Below are positions 30,844-41,587 of a stretch of DNA of 64,000 nt, piece by piece. The first letter of the stretch is position 1. Each line of letters starts with the position of its first letter. Source of the stretch: an uncultured Alphaproteobacteria bacterium (GTDB lineage Bacteria > Pseudomonadota > Alphaproteobacteria > Rhizobiales > Xanthobacteraceae); NCBI GenBank assembly GCA_963788885.1, contig CAWBIR010000003.1, forward strand, positions 15,279-79,278, read 5' to 3'. The notes beneath the pieces were generated by a model. The model did no database searches and was not told where the DNA came from. It saw only the letters and a program-made list of their open reading frames with translations. Position numbers and translations under genes: made by a program.

Positions 30844-32441
30844 ATCAGATCACGCCCCCGCCGAAAATCGAGATCATTCCGTCAAGCGCACCATTCTCGG
30901 AGGCGCAGCGCTCCTGGCTCAACGGCTTCTTCGCCGGCCTCCTGAGCGACGCGCCGACGCCGCTGTCGGCCGAGCAGGGCGCGGCTGTGATGCAAGGGCC
31001 TGCCGACGACGATGGCGAAGCGCCCTGGCACGACCAGACTATGCCGATCGCCGATCGTATGAAGCTTGCTGAAGGACGTCCGCTGCGGCGACGCATGATG
31101 GCCGCGATGGCACAGCAGGATTGCGGCCAATGTGGCTACAATTGCAACGACTATTCGGAAGCGATCGCGAGCAAGGCGGAAGGACGCCTGAACCTTTGCG
31201 TCCCCGGCGGCAAGGAAACCGCCCGGATGCTGAAGGCGCTCTATGAGGACATCGATAAAGCTCCCGCTACGGCGCCGGCTTCTACGACGACAGCAGTTGC
31301 TCCCGCCGTGGCGGCGCCCGTTGCCGAGCTTGGCCGCTCCCGCGACAATCCGGCGCCGGCAACGTTCATCTCGCGGCGTTTGCTCAACAAAAGCGGCTCC
31401 GAAAAGGAAACCTGGCACATCGAGTTCGATCTCACCGAGAGCGGCCTCGACTATGAAGTCGGCGACTCCTTCGGCATTTTCGCGAAAAACGAACTCGGCC
31501 ACGTCGATCAGGTCATCGCGCTGCTCGGCGCGTCCCACACCACGCAGGTGCGGGGCCGGACATTGCGAGAAGTCCTGACCGATGAAGTCTCGCTCGCGCC
31601 TGCACCGGATTCCCTGTTCGAACTGATCTCCTTCATCACCGGCGGCGCACAACGCGAGAAGGCGCGTGCGCTGGCGCAAGGCGACGATCCCGATGGCGAT
31701 GCTGCAACGCTCGACGTGATGGCCGTCTTGCAAAAATTCTCCGGCGTCCGGCCGCATCCGGAAGCCTTCGTCGAGGCGCTCGAACCATTGCAGCCGAGGC
31801 TCTATTCGATTTCTTCGTCGCATAATGCGACGCCCGGCAAATTGTCCCTGACCGTCGATTGCGTCCGTTACGTGATCGGGAAGCGCAAGCGGCTTGGGCT
31901 GGCCTCGACCTTCCTGGCTGAGCGCGTACAGCCCGGCGACCAGGTGAATATTTACGTGCAGAAGGCGCATGGTTTCGGCCTTCCGCAGGACCAAAAAGTC
32001 CCGATCATCATGATCGGGCCCGGCACCGGTATTGCACCGTTTAGGGCTTTCCTGCTGGACCGCCGGGCCACCGGTTCGACCGGGCGCAACTGGCTGTTCT
32101 TCGGTCATCAGCGGTCGAGCTGCGACTTCTTCTACTCCGATGAGCTCAACGCCATGAAGACCGCGGGCCTTCTCACGCGGCTGTCGCTCGCCTGGTCGCG
32201 CGACGGCGACAAGAAGTTCTACGTGCAGGATCGCATGCGTGAGCTCGGCCGGGAATTATGGACCTGGCTCGCCGAAGGCGCGCACGTTTACGTCTGCGGC
32301 GATGCCAAGCGCATGGCCAAGGACGTCGAGCGCGCGCTCGTCGACATCGTGGCGCAACATGGCGCGCGTTCCACCGACGAGGCCGTGAGCTTTATCGGAG
32401 AACTGAAGAAGAAGGGACGCTTTCAGCAGGACGTCTACTGA
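30840..32441 (+). CDS. CysJ-like FAD/NADPH flavoprotein with an N-terminal Fe-S domain
   Basis: ATG overlaps nirA stop; DCGQCGYNC...LCVPGG; PRLYSISSS, MIGPGTGIAPFR, YVCGDAKRM, terminal DVY. Confidence 0.9.
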   Translation: MNQITPPPKIEIIPSSAPFSEAQRSWLNGFFAGLLSDAPTPLSAEQGAAVMQGPADDDGEAPWHDQTMPIADRMKLAEGRPLRRRMMAAMAQQDCGQCGYNCNDYSEAIASKAEGRLNLCVPGGKETARMLKALYEDIDKAPATAPASTTTAVAPAVAAPVAELGRSRDNPAPATFISRRLLNKSGSEKETWHIEFDLTESGLDYEVGDSFGIFAKNELGHVDQVIALLGASHTTQVRGRTLREVLTDEVSLAPAPDSLFELISFITGGAQREKARALAQGDDPDGDAATLDVMAVLQKFSGVRPHPEAFVEALEPLQPRLYSISSSHNATPGKLSLTVDCVRYVIGKRKRLGLASTFLAERVQPGDQVNIYVQKAHGFGLPQDQKVPIIMIGPGTGIAPFRAFLLDRRATGSTGRNWLFFGHQRSSCDFFYSDELNAMKTAGLLTRLSLAWSRDGDKKFYVQDRMRELGRELWTWLAEGAHVYVCGDAKRMAKDVERALVDIVAQHGARSTDEAVSFIGELKKKGRFQQDVY

Positions 32442-32649
32442 CGTCAACGCCTGGGACAGAATCGGTTCTCGTTCGGGTAAAATTTAATGAATAAAAGTCG
32501 AACGAATAAAATTCCAACTCGAATCCATCTCGAAGAATTTTTATCCGAAATTCAACTCTGCTGAGATGCAATATCGCTATTTGAAGCTTTGACTTGTTTC
32601 CGCCTTCAATCGGCATTCGACTACGCGCATGTCACGTTGGAGACTGGCC

Positions 32650-32802
32650 ATGCGGGAACTGTCGGCGGAAGCCCGTTTGCATCTGTATGCGCGTTCGCTG
32701 TCCCGCAAAACCGGAAACGGATTTCATGCGGCGGCGCTCTATGGCGCCTTTGCATTGATCGCATGCGTCGTATTCGGAACGCTTTCGGTTCATCCCTTCT
32801 GA
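32650..32802 (+). CDS. Putative 50-aa small membrane protein
   Basis: GGAGA RBS; MRELSAEARLHLYARSLSRKTGNGFHAAALYGAFALIACVVFGTLSVHPF with C-terminal TM; below ORF-track cutoff. Confidence 0.5.
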   Translation: MRELSAEARLHLYARSLSRKTGNGFHAAALYGAFALIACVVFGTLSVHPF

Positions 32803-32919
32803 CGCGGCGCCACCGCCGCGGTGTCGCTAGAAGAACTGTACCCGTATCCCGCACATCCCCAGCATGATCGCAGTCGCGATCATTTCAAGGCGTGACCTCG
32901 GCGTCCCAGTCCGTCTTGG

Positions 32920-33690
32920 TTATGCGGCCTTCTTGAACGGCGCCACCTCGATGCCGGCGTCCTTCAGTGCCTGGCGAACGCCACGGGCAATATCGACCGC
33001 GCCGGGCGTGTCGCCATGGATGCAAATCGTGTCGGTCCGCATCTTGATGATTTTTCCGGTCACCGACACCACCGCACCGTCCTGCACCATCCGCACCACG
33101 CGCTCGGCGATTTGCTTGGGGTCGTGCAGCACCGAACCCGGCTTCTTGCGCGAAACCAGATTGCCGTTGTCCTCATAAGCGCGGTCGGCAAAGACTTCAT
33201 GCGCCATCGGCAGGTTCGCGGCTTCGCCGGCTTGAACCAGCTTGGAGTTGGCGAGCACGACGAACACCAGGTTCGGATCGACGGCTTTGATGCCGGCAGC
33301 AATCCCGCGGGCCGTGGTGTCGTCCTCGCAAGCGACGTTCGACAACGCACCGTGCGCCTTGACGTGGGTGACCTTGTAGTTGGACAGCGCGGCCACGCCT
33401 TGCAGCGCACCGATCTGATAGGCGACCAGGTTTTCGATTTCGCGGGCGCTCATGCCATAGAACGGCCGGCGGCCAAAACCATGAATATCGCGATAGCCGG
33501 GGTGGGCCCCGATACTGACCCCGCGCGCCTTTGCGAGTTCGACCGTCGTGCGCATGACGTCGTAGTCGCCGCCATGGAAGCCGCAAGCGACGTTCACCGA
33601 AGTGGCAACGTCGATCATCGCGGCGTCATTGCCCATCTGCCACATGCCGAAGGACTCGCCGAGATCACTGTTCAGGTCGACCGTTTTCAT
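32920..33690 (-). CDS. pxpA: 5-oxoprolinase subunit A (LamB/YcsF)
   Basis: [48 protein letters not shown]. Confidence 0.92.
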   Translation of the reverse strand: MKTVDLNSDLGESFGMWQMGNDAAMIDVATSVNVACGFHGGDYDVMRTTVELAKARGVSIGAHPGYRDIHGFGRRPFYGMSAREIENLVAYQIGALQGVAALSNYKVTHVKAHGALSNVACEDDTTARGIAAGIKAVDPNLVFVVLANSKLVQAGEAANLPMAHEVFADRAYEDNGNLVSRKKPGSVLHDPKQIAERVVRMVQDGAVVSVTGKIIKMRTDTICIHGDTPGAVDIARGVRQALKDAGIEVAPFKKAA

Positions 33691-33722
33691 GTTGTTATCC
33701 GTTTGTTGGATGGTCTGAAAAA

Positions 33723-34769
33723 CTACTTCTCCCCCAGCGCGTCGGCAACTTGCCAGGTGCGGGCGTCCATTGCGCTAACGGCGACGCCGGCGACGTTGGC
33801 ACCTTGCAGCGCCTCGATATTGAGATCAAAGCTCTCGATTGATCCAAGCCGGTCGGGCAGGGTGCACAGCAGCTCTGCGAATTTGCGCGCTTCGGCTTGC
33901 GCCTCCTCCATGCTGACGACCTTGAAGCGGAAAGCCGTCCCGGCCGGGATCTGGGCAAATCGCCCGAAGTCGGCCGTGATGACAGTTGCGATCTTGGGAT
34001 AGCCGCCGCTGGTTCCGCGATCGGACATCAGCACGATCGGCTGTCCGTTGCCGGGGACCTGGATGCTGCCGTTCACGGTGCCGTCGGAGACGATGTTGTG
34101 GCCGTGCAGATGCTTGATGACCGGCCCTTCCAGCCGATAGCCCATGCGGTCGCTGGTCGCCGATATCTTCCACTCGCTGTCGAGGAACTGGTTGATGGCG
34201 TCGTCGCTGAACTCGTCGTTTTGCGGTCCCAGCGCGAGACGGATCGGACCGGCTGCGGCGGCCGGCAGATCGATACGACGCTCCGGTCCATCGCTTGCGG
34301 CTGTGACGTCCAGCTCGTCGCCGGCCTGCAAGGGGCGGGGATACGGGCTGCCAAGGCCGGCCCGCGCGTTGACCGAAAGGCTGCCAAACACGGGCTCACC
34401 CTTGATGCCACCTTCGATCGCGAGATAACTGAACGATCCGCCGCGCGCCATGCCGAGCTTGAGCGTTTCGCCATCGGCGATCGTGACGGATGTGTCCCAG
34501 GCCACCGCACGGCTGCCGATATCGGCGCTGCGTGGTGCGCCCGAGAGCGCCACGCGAACGGCGCCGCCACGCGCCTTCAGCGCCGCGCCATAGGGACCGA
34601 GTTCGATCGCAGCCGTGAACAGAGCGTTCCCCGCCAGGCAGTTGGCGGCGGCAAGCGCCAGCCGGTCCATCGCGCCGCTTGGCGTCAGACCGTAACGCTG
34701 AGCGCCGAAGCGTCCGCCGTCCTGCACCGAACTTGCCGGGCCGATCGATGAAATTAAGAGCTTGGTCAT
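33723..34769 (-). CDS. pxpC: 5-oxoprolinase subunit C (AHS2/KipA-like)
   Basis: [42 protein letters not shown]. Confidence 0.88.
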   Translation of the reverse strand: MTKLLISSIGPASSVQDGGRFGAQRYGLTPSGAMDRLALAAANCLAGNALFTAAIELGPYGAALKARGGAVRVALSGAPRSADIGSRAVAWDTSVTIADGETLKLGMARGGSFSYLAIEGGIKGEPVFGSLSVNARAGLGSPYPRPLQAGDELDVTAASDGPERRIDLPAAAAGPIRLALGPQNDEFSDDAINQFLDSEWKISATSDRMGYRLEGPVIKHLHGHNIVSDGTVNGSIQVPGNGQPIVLMSDRGTSGGYPKIATVITADFGRFAQIPAGTAFRFKVVSMEEAQAEARKFAELLCTLPDRLGSIESFDLNIEALQGANVAGVAVSAMDARTWQVADALGEK

Positions 34770-35497
34770 GCGGCGATCAATTCGGCAACGACCTCGCCAT
34801 GATCGACCGCTCGTTCCTGCTCGGCATAGGTCTTGGCGTCGATCTGGTAAAATTTCACCCGATCGCCGGGCTCTAGCAAGAAGGTGGGCTCACGGTGCAA
34901 TTGATACGTTCGCACCGGCGTGCAGCCCAGCAGGTGCCAGCCGCTCGGACCCGCGAGGCATTGGACCCCGGTCTGCACGCCGCCGATCGAGACGGTGCCC
35001 GCCGGCGTCAATAGACGCGGATCCTTTCGGCGCGATGTATGCAGAAACTCATGCAGGCCGCTGAGGTAGGACCATCCCGGCGTGAACCCGATCATGGCGA
35101 CGCGGTATTCGCCGGCAACATGGCGCGCGACGATATCGTCAGGCGTGGTATTCATTGCTTTGGCGACGTCTTCAAGATCGATGCCGTACTCGCCGCCATA
35201 GGCGACGGGAATTCGCCACAGCCGGGCTTTTTCTGAAGCCGGCATCGGTCGCTGCGCCAGTTCAACCAGTTTTCGTCCGAGCGTGTCGAAATCGATTTGT
35301 GTCGGATCGTAGTGGACCAGAAGCGACCGATAAGTCGGGATGGTTTCGGTCACGCCCGCGATCGGCTGTTGCGCCATGAGGCGATCAAGCGCCAGCACGC
35401 GGCGATTGGCGTCGTCATCGATCTTGCGACTGAATTCCACCGTGATCGCGCTGTCGCCGCTTGGCAGGAGGCGGGGAGGAGAAAGTGGCGCAGCCAT
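34766..35497 (-). CDS. pxpB: 5-oxoprolinase subunit B (AHS1/KipI-like)
   Basis: GDSAITVEF, PTYRSLLV, IPVAYGG, GFTPGWSYL, GWHLLG. Confidence 0.88.
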   Translation of the reverse strand: MAAPLSPPRLLPSGDSAITVEFSRKIDDDANRRVLALDRLMAQQPIAGVTETIPTYRSLLVHYDPTQIDFDTLGRKLVELAQRPMPASEKARLWRIPVAYGGEYGIDLEDVAKAMNTTPDDIVARHVAGEYRVAMIGFTPGWSYLSGLHEFLHTSRRKDPRLLTPAGTVSIGGVQTGVQCLAGPSGWHLLGCTPVRTYQLHREPTFLLEPGDRVKFYQIDAKTYAEQERAVDHGEVVAELIAA

Positions 35498-35786
35498 CGT
35501 CTGATAACTCGGCGTCTGACAACTCAGCCTGGGAATTCGCCGATCGAGGCAGCTTTGCCCAAGGCGGGATTTTGCAGGAGTTTATCACCCGGGGGACGGT
35601 GACGCGACCCTTTGGGTCCAAAAAATCAAGTTACTTCAATAAACTAATCCAACAACCTCCGATAAGACGTGATGATCGGCCCGCCACTCCGCGGCTCGCG
35701 GACGGCAGCAATGCCACGGAGCCCTTGACGGCATGCTCGCGCCTCGCAAGATGCGCGCCATCCATCTCACCGGAGTACTTTTTTCG

Positions 35787-36485
35787 ATGTCCCTGACCCC
35801 AGAAGCAGTCAAAACGCTCTCAAACGTCACGACTGCCACCATCACCACGGTCCTGCTCAAGAAGGGCTTGCGCAATGTCTGGCTGCGAGGGACGAAGCCA
35901 TTGCGGCCGGGGCAGAAGCGGCTGGTCGGTCCGGCCTTCACGTTGCGCTTCGTGCCGGCCCGCGAAGACCTTGCGACGCCCGAATCCTGGTCGTCCCCGA
36001 TTTCGACTCGCACCGCGATCGAGGCCATGCCGGACGGCTGCATCGCCGTGGTCGACGCCATGGGCGTGACCGACGCCGGCATTTTCGGCGACATTTTGTG
36101 TGCGCGCATGGTCAAACGCGGCGTTGCGGCGCTGATCACCGATGGCGTGGTTCGCGATGTCGAGGGCGTGCTCGGCACCGGCTTGCCGGTGTGGTGCGAT
36201 GGTTATGCCGCTCCGCCTTCGGTCGCCGGGCTGACCTTCGTCGGCTGGGGCGAACCGATTGGCTGCGGTGGCGTTGCCATTTTCCCGGATGACGTGATCG
36301 TCGCCGATCAAGATGGTGCCGTCGTCATCCCCAAGGCCTTCCTCGAACATGTCCTGGCAGAAGGTCCCGAGCAGGAGCGCATGGAGGCCTGGATCGTCAA
36401 CGAGGTCAACAATGGCGCGGTATTGCCCGGTCTCTATCCCATGAACGCCGAGACCAAGGCGCGCTACGCAGCTTCAAAAAAATAA
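35787..36485 (+). CDS. RraA-family / HMG-aldolase-like protein
   Basis: LVGPAFTLRF, GIFGDIL, TDGVVRD, PDDVIVADQDG. Confidence 0.85.
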   Translation: MSLTPEAVKTLSNVTTATITTVLLKKGLRNVWLRGTKPLRPGQKRLVGPAFTLRFVPAREDLATPESWSSPISTRTAIEAMPDGCIAVVDAMGVTDAGIFGDILCARMVKRGVAALITDGVVRDVEGVLGTGLPVWCDGYAAPPSVAGLTFVGWGEPIGCGGVAIFPDDVIVADQDGAVVIPKAFLEHVLAEGPEQERMEAWIVNEVNNGAVLPGLYPMNAETKARYAASKK

Positions 36486-36523
36486 TCCCGCCAAAAGATC
36501 GGCACGCTTAAAGGAGGAACCCC

Positions 36524-36931
36524 ATGGACTTACATTTGGCCGGTTCGCGGCCGACCCGTCGCGGGCCAAAAGAGAGCTTTACCGGCACGGTCTGGCAGGA
36601 TCCGATTGTTGACGCGCCGGCGCCAGCGCGGATTCGGGCCAGCCGCGTATCTTTCGAGCCGGGTGCGCGAACCAATTGGCATACGCACCCGCTTGGGCAA
36701 ACGCTGTACGTCCTCTCTGGCGTCGGGCGCTTCCAGACCAAGGGCGGACCGGTACGAGAACTTCGTCCGGGTGATGTCGTCTGGATTCCGCCGGGCGAGA
36801 AGCATTGGCATGGGGCCTCCGCGGCCAATGCCATGACCCATGTCGCCATGCAGGAATCGCTCGACGGCAATCACATCACCTGGATGGAGCCGGTCACTGA
36901 CGAAGAATACGCGGTAGCGGTCAGCGGATAG
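36524..36931 (+). CDS. Cupin domain protein
   Basis: FEPGARTNWHTHPLGQTL and PGDVVWIPPGEKHWHG cupin motifs; GGAGG RBS. Confidence 0.88.
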   Translation: MDLHLAGSRPTRRGPKESFTGTVWQDPIVDAPAPARIRASRVSFEPGARTNWHTHPLGQTLYVLSGVGRFQTKGGPVRELRPGDVVWIPPGEKHWHGASAANAMTHVAMQESLDGNHITWMEPVTDEEYAVAVSG

Positions 36932-36967
36932 GCGTCCGACGCCAAAGTCTGGTCGAACAAGCTGCGT

Positions 36968-37378
36968 TCAGCTTTCGCGGACACCTTTGCGGAGGATGTC
37001 GGCTGCGGCGGCGCGGCCTGCCATTTCGTTCCGCAGCGCCTCAAAGCGCTGCCGCGCCTCGCTCGCCTGATCGTCGACGAAGCGAACAGCCGCATCAGCC
37101 GACATCGGGCCGCTGGTGATGGAACGCGAGTTGTCGCCGACGGTCTCGTCCACGAAATAACGGTCGTCGGCCTCGCGGCGGACGGTCCACCTAAAACGGA
37201 TGGCCTCCATCGGCCCCGGTCCGGATTTCGAATAGCCGTCGGCCCCAGCTTCCTGCGGCGCGAGGCTTTGCTGCGTTTCGCTGACGTCAGCCTTTGCAGC
37301 CTCCGGCGGGGAGGCCGGCTGATCGAGGATGCTCGCAATGGTCGCGAGCGCATGATCTGTCGGGTCGCCTTCGGTCAA
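36968..37378 (-). CDS. Hypothetical protein
   Basis: TTG start with GGAGG RBS; DGYSKSGPGPMEAIRFRWTVR...YFVDET looks like a folded domain. Confidence 0.6.
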   Translation of the reverse strand: MTEGDPTDHALATIASILDQPASPPEAAKADVSETQQSLAPQEAGADGYSKSGPGPMEAIRFRWTVRREADDRYFVDETVGDNSRSITSGPMSADAAVRFVDDQASEARQRFEALRNEMAGRAAAADILRKGVRES

Positions 37379-37510
37379 TCGTCTAGCCTCCGAAACACAA
37401 ATGCCGCGGCCGGTTCCGCGAGTCTCCAACGCAGCTTCCCGCTGGAATGAGGCTGAGTTTTGTCAGGCAAACCGTGAAAATCCGAAGAAGGCATCTTCTT
37501 CCGCAGTTCA

Positions 37511-38500
37511 TCAATCGAGCACGTCTTGGTTAATGACGTTCTCCCGGATCGGCGCGCCGTCCAGCGCGCTCAGGATATTGCGTGCGGTCTGTTCGCTCAT
37601 CCGGTCCACGGCTTCCCAGGTCACGCCCGCCACGTGAGGGGCGATAATCACGTTGGGCAACTCAAACAGCGGATTTGGAACCGGCGGCGGTTCCTGCGCA
37701 AACACGTCGAGGCCGGCGCCAGCGAGTTTGCCCGATGTCAGCGCGTCATACAGCGCGGCTTCTTCGATAATGCCGCCGCGCGCGGTATTGATCAGATAGG
37801 CCGAGGGCTTCATGCGCTTCAATCTGGCGGAGTTGAACAGGCCGATGGTCTCTTGCGTCTTCGGGCAGTGAATGCTGACGAAGTCGGCGCGCGGCAGTGT
37901 CGCATCGAGATCACCGACCGCGTCATATCCGGCGCTTCGGATTTCCGCCGCCGGCTTGTAGGGATCGTAGACCAGTACACTCATTTCCATGGCCTGGCAG
38001 CGCTTCGCGGTGCGGGTGCCGATCCGGCCGAAGCCGATGATCAAGACCGTCTTGCCAAAGAGGTCATAAGGCAGCTTGCCGAGCCGCGTGCTCCACTGGC
38101 CATCCCTGACCAACGCATGTAGTTCGTTGGCGCGCTTGGCAAGCATCAGCATCATGAACAAGGCCTGCTCTGCCACCGACGGCGAATTGGCGATTCCGAC
38201 CACCATCAACGGAACCTTGCGGCGGCTGAGGGCAGGGACGTCGACTGCGTCAAAGCCGACGCCGATCCGGGTGACGACCTTCATGTCCCGCGCGGCTTCA
38301 AGTTCGGGTTCGCCGAAGCGCGTAGCACCGAGCGCCACGCCGTGGACCGGCGCATGCTGCTTCAACAGCGCCTCAAAATCAGGCGCCGAAATCAGATTGG
38401 GAAACTCGATGAGTTCGATGTCGTCCCGCGCGCTCAGAAGCGTGCGGCCGCATGGTGCCAAGGTTTGCGTGATAAAGATTTTCTTCTTGTTGGTCGTCAT
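37511..38500 (-). CDS. D-isomer-specific 2-hydroxyacid dehydrogenase
   Basis: RIGVGFD, GFGRIG, SIHCP, INTARG, GLDVF.EP, PHVAG. Confidence 0.92.
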   Translation of the reverse strand: MTTNKKKIFITQTLAPCGRTLLSARDDIELIEFPNLISAPDFEALLKQHAPVHGVALGATRFGEPELEAARDMKVVTRIGVGFDAVDVPALSRRKVPLMVVGIANSPSVAEQALFMMLMLAKRANELHALVRDGQWSTRLGKLPYDLFGKTVLIIGFGRIGTRTAKRCQAMEMSVLVYDPYKPAAEIRSAGYDAVGDLDATLPRADFVSIHCPKTQETIGLFNSARLKRMKPSAYLINTARGGIIEEAALYDALTSGKLAGAGLDVFAQEPPPVPNPLFELPNVIIAPHVAGVTWEAVDRMSEQTARNILSALDGAPIRENVINQDVLD

Positions 38501-38530
38501 TCCGCGAGCCCCTGCCGGCGGAGCAACCCA

Positions 38531-39631
38531 TCAAATGACGGCGCCGGTGGCCTCATTTAGCAGATGCATGTTGTTGAGGTCTATCGCCAAGCGGAGCGCT
38601 TCGCCGTCGCGGGCGCAAGCGTTGGGATTGACCCTTCCGCAGACTTGCTTGCCTGCCAGGGCGAAGTAGATCAGCGTCTCCATACCCATCGGCTCGGTGA
38701 CGTCCAGCATGGCATCGAAAGTCTCAACTCCGGGTTCGGCGTGGGCTTTCGCCTCCGTGATGTGCTCAGGCCGCAGCCCCAGCAGCAGCTTTTCGCCCGG
38801 CTTGGCACCTTGATAGCGCGCTGCCCGGGCGGGCGGCAGCGGAAAGGCAATCTGCTCCGTTAGCCGGATATGCAGCCTTCCGGAATTATCTTCAAGCTGG
38901 CACGGCAGGAAGTTCATCGCAGGCGAGCCGATGAAGGCCGCCACAAAGCGCGTGGCTGGCTTGTGGTAAAGATCCTGCGGTGTTCCGATCTGTTCAATGC
39001 GGCCTTTATTCATGACCACGACCCGGTCGGCAAGGGTCATCGCTTCAACCTGATCGTGGGTAACATAGACCGTGGTGGTTCGCACTTTCTGATGAACCTT
39101 CTTGATCTCGATCCGCATCTGCACGCGCAGCTTGGCGTCGAGATTGGAAAGCGGTTCGTCGAACAGAAAGACTTTCGGGTTGCGGACAATTGCGCGCCCC
39201 ATCGCCACACGCTGACGCTGGCCGCCCGATAGCTGCTTGGGCTTTCGATCGACCAGTTCGACGATATCCAGCATGCGCGCTGCCTCGTCGATCCGCGCCT
39301 TGATCTCGGCCTTCGGATAGTGCTTCAGGCGCAACCCGAATGACATGTTCTCCGCGACCGTCATATGCGGGTAGAGCGCGTAATTCTGGAACACCATCGC
39401 GATGTCCCGATCCTTTGGCGGCACGTCGTTGACAACGGCTCCTCCGATCATGATGTCGCCGTCGGAGATATCTTCCAACCCTGCGATCATTCGCAGCGTG
39501 GTCGACTTGCCGCAGCCCGAAGGTCCCACCAGCACGACGAATTCGTGGTCGGCAATGTCGAGGTCTATGCCACGTACAGCCTCGACATCGTCGTAGCGCT
39601 TTACGACCTTGCGCAAGTTTACTTCGGCCAT
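38531..39631 (-). CDS. CUT1 ABC transporter ATP-binding protein (MalK/UgpC-like)
   Basis: GPSGCGKST, LSGGQRQR, DEPLSNLD, YVTHDQ. Confidence 0.95.
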   Translation of the reverse strand: MAEVNLRKVVKRYDDVEAVRGIDLDIADHEFVVLVGPSGCGKSTTLRMIAGLEDISDGDIMIGGAVVNDVPPKDRDIAMVFQNYALYPHMTVAENMSFGLRLKHYPKAEIKARIDEAARMLDIVELVDRKPKQLSGGQRQRVAMGRAIVRNPKVFLFDEPLSNLDAKLRVQMRIEIKKVHQKVRTTTVYVTHDQVEAMTLADRVVVMNKGRIEQIGTPQDLYHKPATRFVAAFIGSPAMNFLPCQLEDNSGRLHIRLTEQIAFPLPPARAARYQGAKPGEKLLLGLRPEHITEAKAHAEPGVETFDAMLDVTEPMGMETLIYFALAGKQVCGRVNPNACARDGEALRLAIDLNNMHLLNEATGAVI

Positions 39632-39636
39632 GGGAT

Positions 39637-40548
39637 TCAGCCCTTTGTCGCACCGGAGGTGAGGCCGGCAATGTAGTAGTCCATCAAGAAAGCATAGATG
39701 ATGAGCGGCGGCGCGGCGCCGAGCAGCGCGCCGGTCATGATCTGCCCCCAATTGAAGACGTCGCCCTTGATCAGCGTCGTGATGATGCCGACGGGCAGGA
39801 CCAATTGATCCGTAGAGGTGGTGAAAACCAGCGGATACAGAAACTGTGCCCATGAAACGGTGAAGGCGAAAATGGTTGCAGCGATCAGGCCTGGCAACGC
39901 GACCGGAATAAAAATGCGGGTCAGCGTCTGAAACCACGAGGCGCCATCGATGATGGCCGCTTCATCCAGTTCCTTCGGGATCGAAGCGAAATAGCCGATC
40001 ATGATCCAGGTACAAAACGGCACGGTCAGGGTCGGGTAGATGAAGAGCAATACATACCAGCGGTTGATCAGCTGGATCCCGGTCCAATCGCTAAACGATG
40101 CGAACATCTTGAACAAGGGGATGAACAGCAGACTGTCCGGAATAAGGTAGGTCAGGAACACGCCCGTTGCGAGCGTTGCCGAACCCCAGAATTTCATCCG
40201 CGCCAGCGCGAATGCCGCCGGCACGCTGATCAGCATGGTAATGGCCACCACGACAACGGAGATGATCGCCGAGTTCCAGAAGAAGCGCAGGAACTGGTTC
40301 GACGATAGCAACTCGCGGTAGTTCGAAAGCGTGGGATGGAAAACCCACCACGGATTGGTCGCCGCCGAGATTTCCGCGCTGCTCTTGAGCGAGGTGATCA
40401 GCATGTAGATCGGCGGCAATAGGGCGATGACCGCAAACAGTGTGAGGAAGAAATACGACCAGCGCAACGCCCAGACGCGGTCGCGGCTCATGCTGCCATA
40501 TTTGACGTTGCGCCGGGGACCTGTCTTGTCGATTGCGAGCGTGCTCAT
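39637..40548 (-). CDS. CUT1 ABC transporter permease
   Basis: EAA motif IPKELDEAAIIDGA; multiple TM. Confidence 0.93.
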   Translation of the reverse strand: MSTLAIDKTGPRRNVKYGSMSRDRVWALRWSYFFLTLFAVIALLPPIYMLITSLKSSAEISAATNPWWVFHPTLSNYRELLSSNQFLRFFWNSAIISVVVVAITMLISVPAAFALARMKFWGSATLATGVFLTYLIPDSLLFIPLFKMFASFSDWTGIQLINRWYVLLFIYPTLTVPFCTWIMIGYFASIPKELDEAAIIDGASWFQTLTRIFIPVALPGLIAATIFAFTVSWAQFLYPLVFTTSTDQLVLPVGIITTLIKGDVFNWGQIMTGALLGAAPPLIIYAFLMDYYIAGLTSGATKG

Positions 40549-41486
40549 CAGGCTTCATTCCCGCGTTTATTGACATCGCGCAGGATGAAGAACGCAGCGA
40601 CGGCCAAAATCGGCGCCATAAACAGCGAGACGCTGGCCCCAAGCGGAATGTCACTGCCTTCGATGCCGATCTTGAAGGCCCAGGTCGCAAACAAGTGGGT
40701 TTGATCCAGCGGTCCGCCGGCGGTCAGAATTCGCACGATGTCGAAATTCGCAAATGTCACAATCAGCGAGAACAGCGTCGTAATCGCGATGATGTTGCGC
40801 ATCATGGGTAACGTCACATACCAGATACGCTGCCACCAATTGGCACCATCGATTGCGGCGGCTTCATAGAGCTGCTCAGGCACCGATTTCAGCGCAGCGA
40901 GGTACATGATCATGAAAAACGGCGCGCCGTACCAGACATTGACCAGAATAACCGAAAAGCGGGCCCAGCCGGGCTCGCCGAGCCATGAGATCGGTCCGAT
41001 ACCGAAAAAGCCGAGGGTGTAATTGAAGGCGCTATAGGAGGGATCGAACAGCCATAGCCAGGCGAGCGTGCTCATGGCTGGCGGAATCACCCAGGGTACG
41101 AGCAGCATGCCGCGCCACTTGCGCTGCTTCCTGGAGGGGATGTTATGAGCGAAATGGGCGACGATGAATCCGATCAGCGCTTTGAAGATCACTGCCGTGA
41201 CGGCGAAGATGCAGGACTGCTCGACCACCATCCAGAAGGTGTTGCGCTTGAACAGGAACTGAAAATTGCCGAGGCCAACGAACCTGGTCATCGCCTTGTT
41301 CAGCGTCGCCAGGTGGATCGCATAGAAGGCCGGGTAGATCACCAGCAGCGCGACGAGCAGAATCAGGGGCAGCGCCATAAAAAACGCAACCGTCGACTTC
41401 CGCTTCAGCACGTTACGCAGCCGCGTGCGCCTGGCGGCGTGTCGGACGCCCTTAACACCGCCCGGTTGAAGTACGACATCGACCAT
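40548..41486 (-). CDS. CUT1 ABC transporter permease
   Basis: FVGLGNF; VPEQLYEAAAIDGA EAA motif. Confidence 0.93.
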   Translation of the reverse strand: MVDVVLQPGGVKGVRHAARRTRLRNVLKRKSTVAFFMALPLILLVALLVIYPAFYAIHLATLNKAMTRFVGLGNFQFLFKRNTFWMVVEQSCIFAVTAVIFKALIGFIVAHFAHNIPSRKQRKWRGMLLVPWVIPPAMSTLAWLWLFDPSYSAFNYTLGFFGIGPISWLGEPGWARFSVILVNVWYGAPFFMIMYLAALKSVPEQLYEAAAIDGANWWQRIWYVTLPMMRNIIAITTLFSLIVTFANFDIVRILTAGGPLDQTHLFATWAFKIGIEGSDIPLGASVSLFMAPILAVAAFFILRDVNKRGNEA

Positions 41487-41587
41487 GGTGCGCCTTCCCT
41501 GTGGGATCATCCTCCGCGAGAACCGGCGTTCCACGGGAGGAAGTCGCCGCGACTAGCCGCAAGGCAGTTGCGGCGACGAACTCGGCT

